Shown here: piece after piece, positions 12,889 to 24,502 of the stretch
Numbering within the stretch: position 1 is the first letter of the stretch
Layout: each line of letters opens with the position of its first letter
Origin: Epiperipatus broadwayi
Lineage: Eukaryota > Animalia > Onychophora
Length of the DNA: 64,000 nucleotides
Assembly: GCA_028023455.1 (NCBI GenBank)
Contig: JAQFVV010000006.1
Location: 8,618,001 to 8,682,000 of the forward strand
Reading direction: 5' to 3'
Notes under the pieces: model-generated
What the model was told of the DNA's origin: nothing
Database searches by the model: none
What the model saw: the letters and a program-made list of their open reading frames with translations, nothing else
Position numbers and translations under genes: made by a program

Positions 12889-13031
12889 TTATCTTTCACT
12901 TGCATTTTCTTTCTTCGTTCATGGGGAGAGCACCATTTGTGCAAGTATTGATGTGCGGCAGCATCCGCCTGTTCGTAGATTGACCCAGCAACATATTGTA
13001 GCAGCACAGGGCTCTCATTCAGGAATGCAAG
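12889..13031 (+). CDS. MED13: MED13 internal exon
   Basis: Polypyrimidine-CAG acceptor, GT donor at 13032, phase-compatible with neighbours. Encodes YLSLAFSFFVHGESTICASIDVRQHPPVRRLTQQHIVAAQGSHSGMQ. Confidence 0.93.
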
Positions 13032-16000
13032 GTATTTTGCATTTTTTCTTAAAATACAATGAAATTATTTATTGTTTTTGTATTGTTTTTTATTGTGGTT
13101 TTTATCATTTTCAATTTTGTCAATTTTACGAAAACTGTGATTACAAAAAAAGGGTGTATGGTACATGCATCTGTGGACAGTACTTAGTTCTTATATTTTC
13201 ATTAGATACATTTACGTTAAATCATGAATGAATAATTGTAGAACAAGATAACAAAAGCGTTTGCAGCATTGTTGACTAGAATCTTAAAGAATCATTTTCT
13301 TTCACAGCATGTGAGATAATGTCTATTTTTACAATTATGTATTAAAATTTCATTGACAGACATCAATTATAGTGAATTTTCTATAACAATAATAAAATGG
13401 TTATTTATTACTCAAGAATTCATAAAGCAGTTAGCATCGGAAATGACAGATCTGGGCTGCAATCCAATGAGACCCTGAGCTCCAGAACGTTATCATTTGC
13501 CGTGAATACTTTCTAAACTTGAATGAGGTCATTAGAGCTACATTTTGTAGACGGGATAATTAAATGAAATTTAAGCATTATCATCTGCCATTTGAAAATA
13601 CATCATACAATGTATGTGACTACAGTTAGATTTTGTAAATAAAAATTAACTGAAAGTTAAGTCTTTAAAATGCGCAAATTTAGACAAAATAAATTTGCAG
13701 TTTTGATGAGGCGTGTTAGTCAGTTTTTAAAATGAAAGAGAAAAAAGCTTTTAAAACTGTTAAAAGATTGTGTAATTGTTGGGCATTGCATACAACAATT
13801 AAAAAAAAAGGGGCGTCTGTTTTATTTTACAAAATTTTAAAAATAAGAACTAAATTTTCATTTCAAAATTTAATAGAAAGTACATTCTCAGTTATGATTC
13901 AAATCCGCCACTATATTGTATGATAGCAGAATTGCTAATCATGGGTGAGGATGTACCATTTAATTTAAAAATAGAAAGCGAGCAATGATGGGAATTAATT
14001 TTAAATGCTTTTATATTAACTTGCTTTGTCTGTAAATGCTTCTGTCTATGTCCATATTTACATATTTTTGAATTTTTAACAATGAAAAAAAAAATTGTTC
14101 GTGTTTAGAAGTCAAACTCACATACTTGTACTTCTCAAGAAAATTTTGTTAATATTGATTTAATTCATACTTAATTAAATTAAAAAAATATATATCTGAC
14201 AGAAACATTACATTTGTAGGATAAAATTTTAATATTGGTTTAACTCATTAATTAAATAAAGTCAATACATAAATAATTTTATATAATAGATGATCACATG
14301 ATATTTAAATTTAGAATTTGTTTGTTCGGATGCATATTTTTTATTTTCACATCTCTTATTAAATTATACTTTTGTCAGATTTTTTTTAATAGTTTTAATC
14401 ATTTTTTACAAAATAGTATGTAAATATAACGAAAAAGTTAAAAAAATATATTATGTAAAGAGCCAATTACAAAGTAAAAAAATGAAGTACTGCTCCTCTG
14501 TTAATTTGCCATTTTTGAAAAATATCTGCGATCTTAAGAATCTACACTTGTTATAAAACCATTGGAAATTTCAGGAATATTGTTGTTTCATAAAAGCATT
14601 TGAGGTTCAAATCAAAAAGGCCTTAAATGTTTTTATGAAACGAGAATATTTCTGCAATTTCCAACTATATCAAGTATGGATTCTTGAGATCTCCAATATT
14701 TTCCAAGAATGGTAAATTAGGTGAAAGGCGGATTACTTTGTTATTTTTTTTCTTTTTAGTCAGCTATTTACATAAAAGCCTTAATTAAAAAAAGTTTTTT
14801 TTATATATTATTTTAATATGTAAATTGTCTCAATAAAGCAATTTCATCTTCATTGAGTTATGTAAAAAAGATCTTAAATAGTTTTAAAAAAATTTTCCAG
14901 ATGTATGTTTTATTAATAGTTGGGGGGGGGGGGGGGTTGATCAGCATTTTATTCACAAATTAATATTGTAATTAGCAGTAATATAAGAGTTCCCACTGAT
15001 ATTGTTACAAATAAATTACCAGTAAGCAAATAGTTGTTTTTATTTTTGCTCATTTCCAAGAGTAAAGGTGTAATCACTTGTTCTAAAAATCACAGTAGTA
15101 AAGATAATGTGGGTGTGGGGATGGTTTTAATATTAGCTAAAATATTAAAGATGTCATTTTGATCTTGGGAAAGATAATATATCATTGTACAAGCGTATAG
15201 CATATATATAGATCAACTTGTTACAATAACTATTGCAATGATAAATAATATCACAATGGTAAAAAAAAAAAAAAGTTGATTGGATCACATCCAGAGAAGG
15301 TTAATAACTCGTATGGGCACTTGGCCAATAATGAAGAGAAATATATTTGGATGTTAAATTCTGTTTAAGATGTGATTTTGAATTCAAACAAATAAATACT
15401 TTTTTTAAAGAAAAAAAAAAGTGTTCAATTATAAGTTACTTGTATGTTTCTCCTCATCATTTCCAAACTAAATTGCTATGGCAGAAATGGCTTCAACCAC
15501 ACTCAGGCATTGGAAACACCTGTTCTGATGGAATACATGAATCAAAATTGCAGAAGTTTGTTTTATTTAAAGCCAGTTATGCAGAATGTTTCACTTTTAA
15601 CTGCAAGCACCATATTAGTGCATTATTGTCTTCTAAGTTGTTCTGGGATTTGTCTTTGTGATCAAAAGAATTGGGAATAGTATTATTTTGGTATTCTAAG
15701 TAAACTTAGTCAGTACCTTTACATTGGTGTGTGATTTATTTTTTTCATTTTTTTTTCTGAAAGTGGATTGAATCACTGTGGATATATATTGGAGCTAAAA
15801 CACTCTTTCCTCCTAACATTTTTTATATGTGTGTGTCTGTTTCCATAAGATTAAAGTTAAATTTTTAAAAAAATTAAAATAGATTTATTTTTAGTGGTAG
15901 CTCTCATAGCTGAAAGCATTAATCTTTTTGTGCCTACGTCTAATATCAAAATGCTGTTAGTACATGGATATAGTGGGATTGTTTTAAAGAGTCAGCATTA

Positions 16001-18036
16001 AGTTTTGTTCCTTTTTTTTCCCCCTGAGATGGCAAATAACCCCAAATAGTGTTTAATGAGAAACATGAAATTTTTCTTTGTAATAATTGGGAGAAAATAT
16101 AGTTTTTTTTCTGACTGAGGATAAATTTTTAATATTTAATAATAAGGTAATAATATTTGATAATAATGTAATGCCCTTGATAGATAAATTTGATAATAAT
16201 GTGTGCACACATCTAGTGTGACCAACTTCTTGATATTTCAGCAATTATACAAGGACTATGTACAGTGTGTGTGTATTTTATTTTTCAAAGCTATACTGTT
16301 AGTTTGTGTTTCATGGTGGTTTTTGTTTTGTGCAAATTATAACATTTGATCAAATGTTTTTTATTTATTTTTAATAATGGTAATATAAATTTCCGATGAA
16401 GTTTTTTTCTGCCATTTTTTTTTTCGTTACTTGTGGCATTTTATCATGTATTATAGTTTTTGAGATCTCTTAAAACATTAGGCATGACAAGATAGGATAT
16501 ATATGTATTTCATTTTTTGTTAACCTCATTATCTGTGTTCTTTTTTCACAATTCTTTCTATCTGAAATGTCAGTTAAAATTTTTGGTTTTGTAATTAACA
16601 CCATTCCGGGAAAACTATGTTTTCTCCTCATTCCAATAAATTGTCATTTTATTGCATCGATGGTTGACAAATCAAAATTCTAACAGGTTTTTTTTTTTTT
16701 TCTGTGTGGATAATTTTTTTTTATATTCGCAACCATATTCAAATATTATTACTTTATATATGTATGCGTTTACACATTGTAATTACTTTGCTCATTATTG
16801 AATAATGTTCTGGTAATTAAATTTTCACAAATTCTAATATATGAGTAATAAATGAAATATATAGAGAATAATTTTATAGTTTTCCAAAAGCATTTTTAAG
16901 ATTTCATTGCTAATAAATTTATTTTATATCTAGGATCTTTATATAGGAAAAATAATTGTTTAAAGTTTTCTTAAATTTTTTTAAAAAATAACTTCAATAT
17001 CATTCCCAGAACCATACCAAAAAACTGCCTTAAACTATCTTCGCACATATTTCGGTGAATAGTTATTAAATTATGATTACCTCTAATGGATTTTCAATAC
17101 TACTGCTTTCCCATATTTATTTCTTATTGTCTCTAGTCCTTGGCATTCAAAATTTCACTATATATTGACAATAGGCAATGATTTCTTTTTAAAAAAAACA
17201 CTTGGTGGGGGGGGGGTGCATTATTGCATAATAGAAGGTAAATTTCTGCCATAAAATTATTATCTTTTTTATTAATTTCAACTTCAGTAAAATATAGTCA
17301 ATTCAGATCTACATCCTTATTATTTCAAAATTATACGTGGTCATCTCGCTGTTTTGCTATTTTTATTTATGTCTCACAATAATTTTATACCATAACTAAC
17401 TATGCAGCTATTTCTTTCTTAAGACAAATTGTATGTCATGAAATCTTTTAGAACTTAATTTCTATATCTTATTATTGAGATCTATTTTATCTTCCAAGTT
17501 AGTTAAGTTGAATTGGTGAAAGCTTTATACTCCATATCAAAATTCTAAATGCAATGAAAGAAATTTTCGCATTTGGAATTGCTCACATTTTTTAATATTT
17601 ATGTGGTGGCTATAAAAGTGAATTAGTTACGGACGCAATCCGAATAAATGAATACAAATAACACTAAGTACTTTTGAGAAATGAAGCAGGCTAAACATTA
17701 TTTGGAGATATTTCATAATAGTCCACAAGTATTTTTTTTTATATATCATCAGTCTTTAACTTGTTTTTAAGCATTTTATATTTTTGCATATTGGAATCAA
17801 TAAAAAGCAATTTGCCCACATTTTTAATTCGTTCAAGATTTTGTTTTCTGTACTTTAGTGTTTTATTTTTCATCAAAAGATATACCTATTAAAATAAGTA
17901 AATTTTTTCTTTATTCATTTATAAATATTATATAGTATTTGCCTATCTCCCTAATTTCAAAATTTTACTTCTATATATTGTTATTAGAATTATATTTAAT
18001 ATTTAAATATAAGTATAGTATTTATACTTTAATAAG

Positions 18037-18215
18037 CTGGATGTAATTAGAGGGTATTTGAACTCAGACTTTTAAGCTCCCTTTAGGTATCCACTCCATT
18101 TTATACAACTGATGTACATGTGGAAAAGATAAATGATATCCAATACTCATACTTCGTGATGAAACAGCTCTCTTCAGTTGGTTAGGATCATAATCTCCCA
18201 CACATATATAATCTA
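18037..18215 (-). mobile_element. Hammerhead-bearing repeat family C copy (single arm)
   Basis: Minus strand 18181-18140 reads CCAA CTGAAGA GAGC TGTTTCA TCAC GAA GTATGAGT A TTGG. The downstream body matches the arms at 36.3-36.7 kb and 47.1-47.3 kb. Confidence 0.6.
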
Positions 18216-18514
18216 ATCAGCGCTCAATTTATATTAAGATAGCAAATCTTCAAACTTTAATGGACAGGCTTCAATCTTATCCACTCTCCAACTCTTCTGC
18301 TGTCCATATCATTGAAAATCTGATGATGACATATTTAAATCCTTTGTTTGCGAGTTTTTTATTTATTGTCATGCCCATGTTGACCGTAAGTCATTCTGTC
18401 CCCTCATATGTAAGTCCTTAATCTTAATCAGATATACAGAAAAAGGGATGGGCAGAATACAGGCTGAATATGTAATATTTAAATACAAGTATAGTATATA
18501 TGATTACCAAACTC

Positions 18515-18790
18515 TCTATACAGTAGTCCCACGAAGTACAAGCCTTTGAAATCAATGGATGCAGAAAGGTTTGTCCATAAAATTCCTATCTAGGTCCTAC
18601 TCATCTAATATCCCCAGACTAGTTTCTGGCTTGTGGCTTGAATCAGTGAGAAGCCTTGGATTTGAGAGCACTGCACCCTCTAGCCAGCCATCTTTTATTT
18701 GTTTGGTTAACTATAAAGCTAGGCGCCCAAGGTGAAAACACCATAATGTTTGCAACTCTAGCTCATTTGCTTGTATAGTTCTATAGATCT
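18515..18790 (-). mobile_element. Family A copy A4 (left arm of an inverted pair)
   Basis: Minus strand 18652-18611 reads TTCTCA CTGATTC AAGC CACAA GCCA GAAAC TAGTC TGGGGA; upstream body matches 63640-63780. Confidence 0.75.
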
Positions 18791-18811
18791 GAACTGAGTT
18801 CAGCATTTATA

Positions 18812-18995
18812 CATTATGATAAAAGATGGTTGCTGGAGGGTTGCGCATTAGATCATTAAATTTAGGTGCAGTGCTCTCAAATCCAAGGCTCCTCACTGAT
18901 GAAAGCCACAAGCTAGAAACTTGTCTGGGGATGTTGGATGAGTAGGCATCGTTTGATTACAAAGGCTTGCACTTAATGCCTCTACTGTATGAAAG
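18812..18995 (+). mobile_element. Family A copy A5 with best-preserved hammerhead (18890-18931)
   Basis: TCCTCA CTGATGA AAGC CACAA GCTA GAAAC TT GTC TGGGGA: 6-bp stem I, intact CUGAUGA/GAAA/GUC. Confidence 0.78.
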
Positions 18996-19063
18996 TTTTT
19001 TTACCCTTTTATTAACAGCGTATGTAAGAGTTTTTTTACCCTTTTATTAACAGCGTATGTAAG
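18994..19063 (+). repeat. Perfect 35-bp tandem duplication
   Basis: AGTTTTTTTACCCTTTTATTAACAGCGTATGTAAG x2, at the 3' junction of copy A5. Confidence 0.95.
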
Positions 19064-20023
19064 CATATAAAATGGTGATCGTGTGATCTATATACTTTAA
19101 ACTAGATGTAATTAGGGGTATTTGGTATTTCGTTTTTAAAGAAGTTTATTTTTATAAATAAAACATATATTGCAGAAGAAAAAATGCTAATTCAAAGCTT
19201 TGAAATATATTTAATTGAATTTTTTTCTTTTTTCCTAATAACAATGTAGTTTTATTTTGATCTTGATAAATATATTATAAATACAATTTTAATCATAAAA
19301 TATCTGAATATAACTTTGCAGTTAATGTGTTCATATCTCCAGGCATTTTTTATTTGAAGAAACATGCAGCTCATGTTAGATATAATGGTTTCAAGTAATA
19401 TATTGAACTCCCCCTTTTCTCTTTATGGGTGTGAAGAAAAGTTTAAAAAATTTATTAAATCATTATTTGTTATAATGTTTAACTTAAATTATTGATCATA
19501 AACATTGTTAATTCTCAAGTGAATTGTAAAAGAGTGATTGATGTAAATGGCAAGTAATCAGATTAAAGTGGAATAATGAATTTAAAGTCATTAAATAATG
19601 TGATGTTTAACTATGTTGTTGATTATAAAGTCAAGTGGCTGAACTAATTAGTAAATAAAGTAAAAAAGTATATATATTAATTTTTTTTTAATTATTCAGG
19701 GACCCTTAGGGCATTGTTATGTATCTCTGAGTTCCACCAACTAGTTTCAGGAACTGCAGAATTAAGTAGTTCTTATTATCAAATTACTTGCTTATTTACT
19801 ATGTATATATACACACATACCCATTATTATCTTCATCATCATTAATATTATTTTTATATGCTTTGTTTGTTAATGCTATATTTTTTGTGATTTAATAAAA
19901 GTTCAAAAGTGATTTCATTTTTGTTGCACATCAGGAAAAATCCTATTTTTATTTATTTTTAAAAAATATTTTAAATAAACTTACATTATTTAATTAAATG
20001 GTTTTAAAATGTTTGTTTTACAG

Positions 20024-20203
20024 TTATTCTGTGCCCTTATGGTTTATCAGCAATGTTAACTGGCCAGACATACAAGGAAACAGATCAAGCTATTCAAAAA
20101 TTGATCGATGAGTGGAAACAATTCTATCCAATTGATCCACTTAGTAGCAAAGACAATGAAAGTACAGCCTCTCAGTTGCCGTGCGCAGTTGAAGTTTTAG
20201 TTG
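20024..20203 (+). CDS. MED13: MED13 internal exon
   Basis: CAG acceptor, GTAAGT donor. Encodes (V)ILCPYGLSAMLTGQTYKETDQAIQKLIDEWKQFYPIDP...LPCAVEVLV, matching MED13 VILCPFGL..LTGQ / WKQFYP / AVEVLV. Confidence 0.95.
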
Positions 20204-20874
20204 GTAAGTAAAAATTTTATTTAATTCGTACTGCACTGTTTTAAAGTAGTTTTAGTTAACTCTGCGTAAATAATTTTTGGATGTTTTCAAAAATAGGCCA
20301 TGATTAGTGCTAGATTTAATAATACGATATTTGATTACGATGACTTAGCGAATACAGCTAACGAGACGCATGCACGTGCAGATTCTTGTGGGATCAAGGT
20401 ATAAGGGTTCATTTGTGCCTACAAATTGTCACCACTCGTTCGTATTATGATGCTTGGTTCTGTTTATACATATTTTTTACATACCAAAATGAATAAAAGG
20501 GAAAAATATGTTGAATAGTAATATACAATATTGAAAAAAGAAGAGGGTTTTGGTTATGCTAATACAAAAAAAAAATGGACTCACTGAGACATAAATAAAA
20601 TGCTTTATATTTGCATGCATAGATAACATGACTATTTCAAGAAAGCGAAATTGCTAATCATATTTTTATTGATTTGGACCAAGTTCTTGTATTTTAGAAA
20701 CAGTTATTACCTTAAACACTATAAATTCATGCATAAAATGTAAATTGATTGAGGACAATATTAAAAAGTATTCTAAAAGAATGAGCAATAGTATCGGTCT
20801 TAATTCTTTGTACAGAGAATTTCTAAACAGGCTGTAGTTATTGAGTTTTTTTTTTTTTATCACGGTTTATAATA

Positions 20875-21754
20875 TCAGGGGGTATCCAAAAACAATTGGA
20901 CTTGTTCTCTGGAGTGTGTGCATGTTGTAGTACATGCTTTTGCTGCTTAATGCCTCTTGTGGGGACTCTTCATCAGTCTGTCAAGCGTTGTCATTGAATA
21001 AAGTCATAGTAGCACATAGTAAATCTTTTTGTTAAGTGCATCTCACTTTTTTATCGATTTTGTAATGTCGGAAAGGTGGAACAATATGAAATTCTGTTTT
21101 CTATTGGGGAAACAGTTGTAATGCTTGAAACCGCTTACAAGCAAGCTGCTCTGGAAAAAACACATAAATTTATGAATGGTTTAATGGCAGTATTACATCC
21201 CAAAAAAGCATGGTAAGTTAGATCCAATGTCAAGATGATGATGTTTTTTGATGCAGATGACATTGTTCATTCAGAACTCGTTGGTAATCGTCATCAGGCA
21301 TTTTACCTTCAAGTTCTGAAATGTTTTCTTGATGCATAAACAAAAACTTCCTGATTTGTGATAAAGTGGGGAATGCTAGTTTCATCATGACAATGTGCCA
21401 ATGCACAAGGCCTTGATTAGGAAACAATTTTTAAATAAAATAAGCATTATCGAGCATATCCATCAGCCATATTCGTCTGATTTTGCTCTACATGATTTGT
21501 TTTTATTCCCTCAAATGAAAAAAGCCTCAAAAATGTGGTAAATTAAAAAATGACAGGGGCATTAAAAGGCGTCATTTTGCAAGAATTTTAGGACTACTTC
21601 AAAAAATGAAAATCAGATTTAGACCAGTGCATTGCATTAAATGCATAATACTTTGAAGAGGATTCAATTTGTAATATCTAAAAATAAATATACAATTTTT
21701 TTATTACAAAATTTGGGGGGGGAGGGGGGTTGCACCCACCCACCTACCCCTCTT
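20875..21754 (+). mobile_element. mariner transposon relic (internally deleted, decayed)
   Basis: Fragments translate as MKFCFLLG..MLETAYKQAALEK, FHHDNVPMHKA and QPYSSDFALHDLFLFPQMKK (HHDNAP-H and YSPDLAP-D motifs). Ends TA-TCAGGGGGTA ... TACCCCTCT-TA. Confidence 0.8.
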
Positions 21755-22699
21755 ATATAGAAATAGTTAAATAATATTCTGCTAATATATAAAATAAAGT
21801 AAGGATCTCTGATTTTCATATCTCCGGAATTAATAGATTGATTTCAAGTTCCCATACCTCCATGTGTAGCACAAATCATAAGTTATTGAATTTTTTTTGG
21901 CTTTACCTATTGGATTGGTTCCAGGACTCTAAAAAAAAAAGCTAATTTCAGATTGTAAATCAGCCTTATTCATTTATTTTATCTTGAGTGGGGCTTTATT
22001 TGGATTTTGAATTTTAATAATTAATTTCAAACTTATCTCGGCAATAGTATATGGTGAATTTCAATATGGTTTAGCAATGATCAATCCTTGTTCATGCAGC
22101 GACAAAGGGAAAGATTTTATGGAATAGTTCTCTTATTGATTATCTGCACAACACATTGGGCATCAATCATGGGAATGTAATTGTAAACAGATATAGACTT
22201 ATGAAGTCAGAGTTTTTCAGTAACAAATTACCTTAAAATTTTCTAAAATTAAAATCAACATTGTTAAAGAATATACACATAAAATATCTGCAAATTACAG
22301 ATCATTGCATTTTATATTAAGTTCAATTTTTAAACAATCTGTACATACCTCTCTATATAGAGAGTATTTCTATTGATAGTAATGTCTAAAAATGAACGCT
22401 TAGTCATATGATCTTTAATATTTTATGCGTGGAATGCTGGTTTCTTAGCCAGCAAAGTATAATAACTGAACACTGAAGTTATTGATTAGTTTTAACCATA
22501 ATAATCATTTATAATGGGGGGGTGGGCATTCTTAATTAATAAATATTTTTATGCGCTTTTAATATTATTTAAGGTAAAAAATTCAAGTAGTGTATTATTA
22601 AAATAATACATATTGGATATATTTAATAAAAAAAAAATATTAATGTACAAATTATTTTTAAATACATTAATAAATTATTGTATTTTAAATTGTCTCGAT

Positions 22700-23300
22700 T
22701 CATGCAGAGAGAACCATTGAAGTTTTTGTCTTTTAAGGTAGAAAATTTTATTGACGATCATTATGACCAGATGTTAGTAACATTCAATATATTGAGACAA
22801 TATTCCAACTCTTGTCACTAAGGTGCAGCCTGTCTGTGTACAGCCATTTTGATAATTGCAGCTACAGTTCTATGTTTCAAAACCTCAGTGTTAGCCCTCG
22901 GAATTTTCTTTTGACAGTTTGTGAAGAAATCACAGAATTTTATATTGGCTAATCTAAATAAATAATGAAAGAATTGTCATAGCAGAGATCTGCCTTTTAA
23001 GTATTTTTTATTGGGAACTTGTTTCAAATGCAAGGCCTAGTGATTTGGATACCTTGAATGACTTAAGCTGTGAAACTTGGATTTTTTAATTTCCAGGTTT
23101 GCATATTTTTTTTATTATCCCTTGAAAGGTTAAAAATAACTTCTTACCAAAAATCTGATTTATTCCACAAGTTCATTATCCTGATCAGTTTTATCTCGTG
23201 TAGGGATTGCAAATTTTTATAGGACTACTTCAAATACTGCAATTTGTGCAGGCTTGCTGATAATGTAAAAAAATCTATTTTAGGTGCTTTTTTATTAAGT
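22700..23300 (-). mobile_element. Highly decayed LINE reverse-transcriptase fragment
   Basis: Only weak motif echoes on the minus strand (RDKTDQDN for KGDK-D-NNYR; QTGCTL for RQGC-LSP); boundaries approximate. Confidence 0.3.
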
Positions 23301-24123
23301 TTTTTGAGGCAGCATATTTTTCCATTTGTTCTGCATTTAAAATTTATATGTATATTTTATATGTGTTATTTTTTAATGTCTTATAAGCTTCAGCTGAACC
23401 TATATATCAGATTTTATTTCTGTGAGGACACATTAATTCATTGGGACCACGATTAAAAGCAAAAAGTAATCAAAAAACTGTTTACCAGTATTCAGAAAAG
23501 ATTTTATACATTTCTTTTTAAGAAGAAGCTTGTCTAATATTTCTATAACTTGAATTTTAGATTGAAGCTACACGGTTCATTTTTTATTCATTTGTAATTA
23601 AATTTCAAATGAAATATAATCCTTGTATCTTTTTTATTATAAAGTTTATAAATAAAACTTGCATTGTTTAACAGAAACGTTGATTTTAAAATGTTTACTG
23701 ATTACCAACTTGATTTTGACATCAGACAATGATTTTACTATTGTGCAATAATTGTTAAGCTCTGATATGAACTTTGACTTTTAAGTTTGTGTTGTGTTAT
23801 ATTGTGAATGTTTTTTTCTATCTAAATATTTTGCTTAATTTAATAATCTATGGTAAAAAGGTTAAAATTTAAAAATCCTGAAAAACGTTTTAATAAATTA
23901 ATATTACTTATGTGTGTAATTTTCAAGATATTACTTGTATGCTAATCTGTGTTAATTTTCAAGCTATTATCTGTATGAGTCCTTAAATTGTCTTACATTT
24001 GATTTAAGATCTTGCAATTTATTTTAGTATTACATTACTTAGTTTGTTTAATGCTTCAAAATCACATACTTGGTTGCAGTTATTTCATTTTAAGTTAATT
24101 GTTTATAATATTTATTTTTGTAG

Positions 24124-24502
24124 GTGGAGTTCGTATGCGATATCCATCTTGCTATGTTTTAGTGGTAGACAGTGAGGAGCCATCACCTCCCCAAGCCAAC
24201 CGGCCCTCATTACCAGTCTCACACATTTCTATCACTTCTCATGCTTCAGTATGTGCAAATCCGAAAACATCAAATAATTTGCAGGTGTCTTTATCATCTT
24301 CTGTGTCTTTAACACCTCCTACTTCTCCTTGTGATCCATTAACTGTAGTAAATGAAAATAATGTTCGAACAACACCCACCAATCTCAGATACAGGGATAA
24401 TAATATGGATGTTTTAAATACTTCGCAATCTGTTGAAGAAATAAGTCAAAAAATTATGGATAAAGTATGGCAAGGTTCTACGGTCAATGTGGTTAATAAA
24501 GG
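24124..24502 (+). CDS. MED13: MED13 internal exon
   Basis: TAG acceptor, GG|GTAAGT donor. Encodes GVRMRYPSCYVLV...LTPPTSPCD...KIMDKVWQ, matching MED13 GVRMIYP / LTPPTSP / VWQ. Confidence 0.95.

Noticed and set aside
13420-13620. Relatively GC-balanced intronic stretch after a MED13 exon (alternative exon or snoRNA?)
   Set aside because: No convincing splice pair with an open frame and no properly spaced C/D or H/ACA boxes.
15300-15700. SIRTGVSNA*VWLKPFL on the minus strand, resembling a LINE RT GVRQG motif
   Set aside because: Single weak motif; boundaries and family cannot be supported.
18240-18420. RRVGEWIRLKPVH next to a family C copy, resembling a GIY-YIG C-terminus
   Set aside because: Too short and degenerate to support without a profile search.
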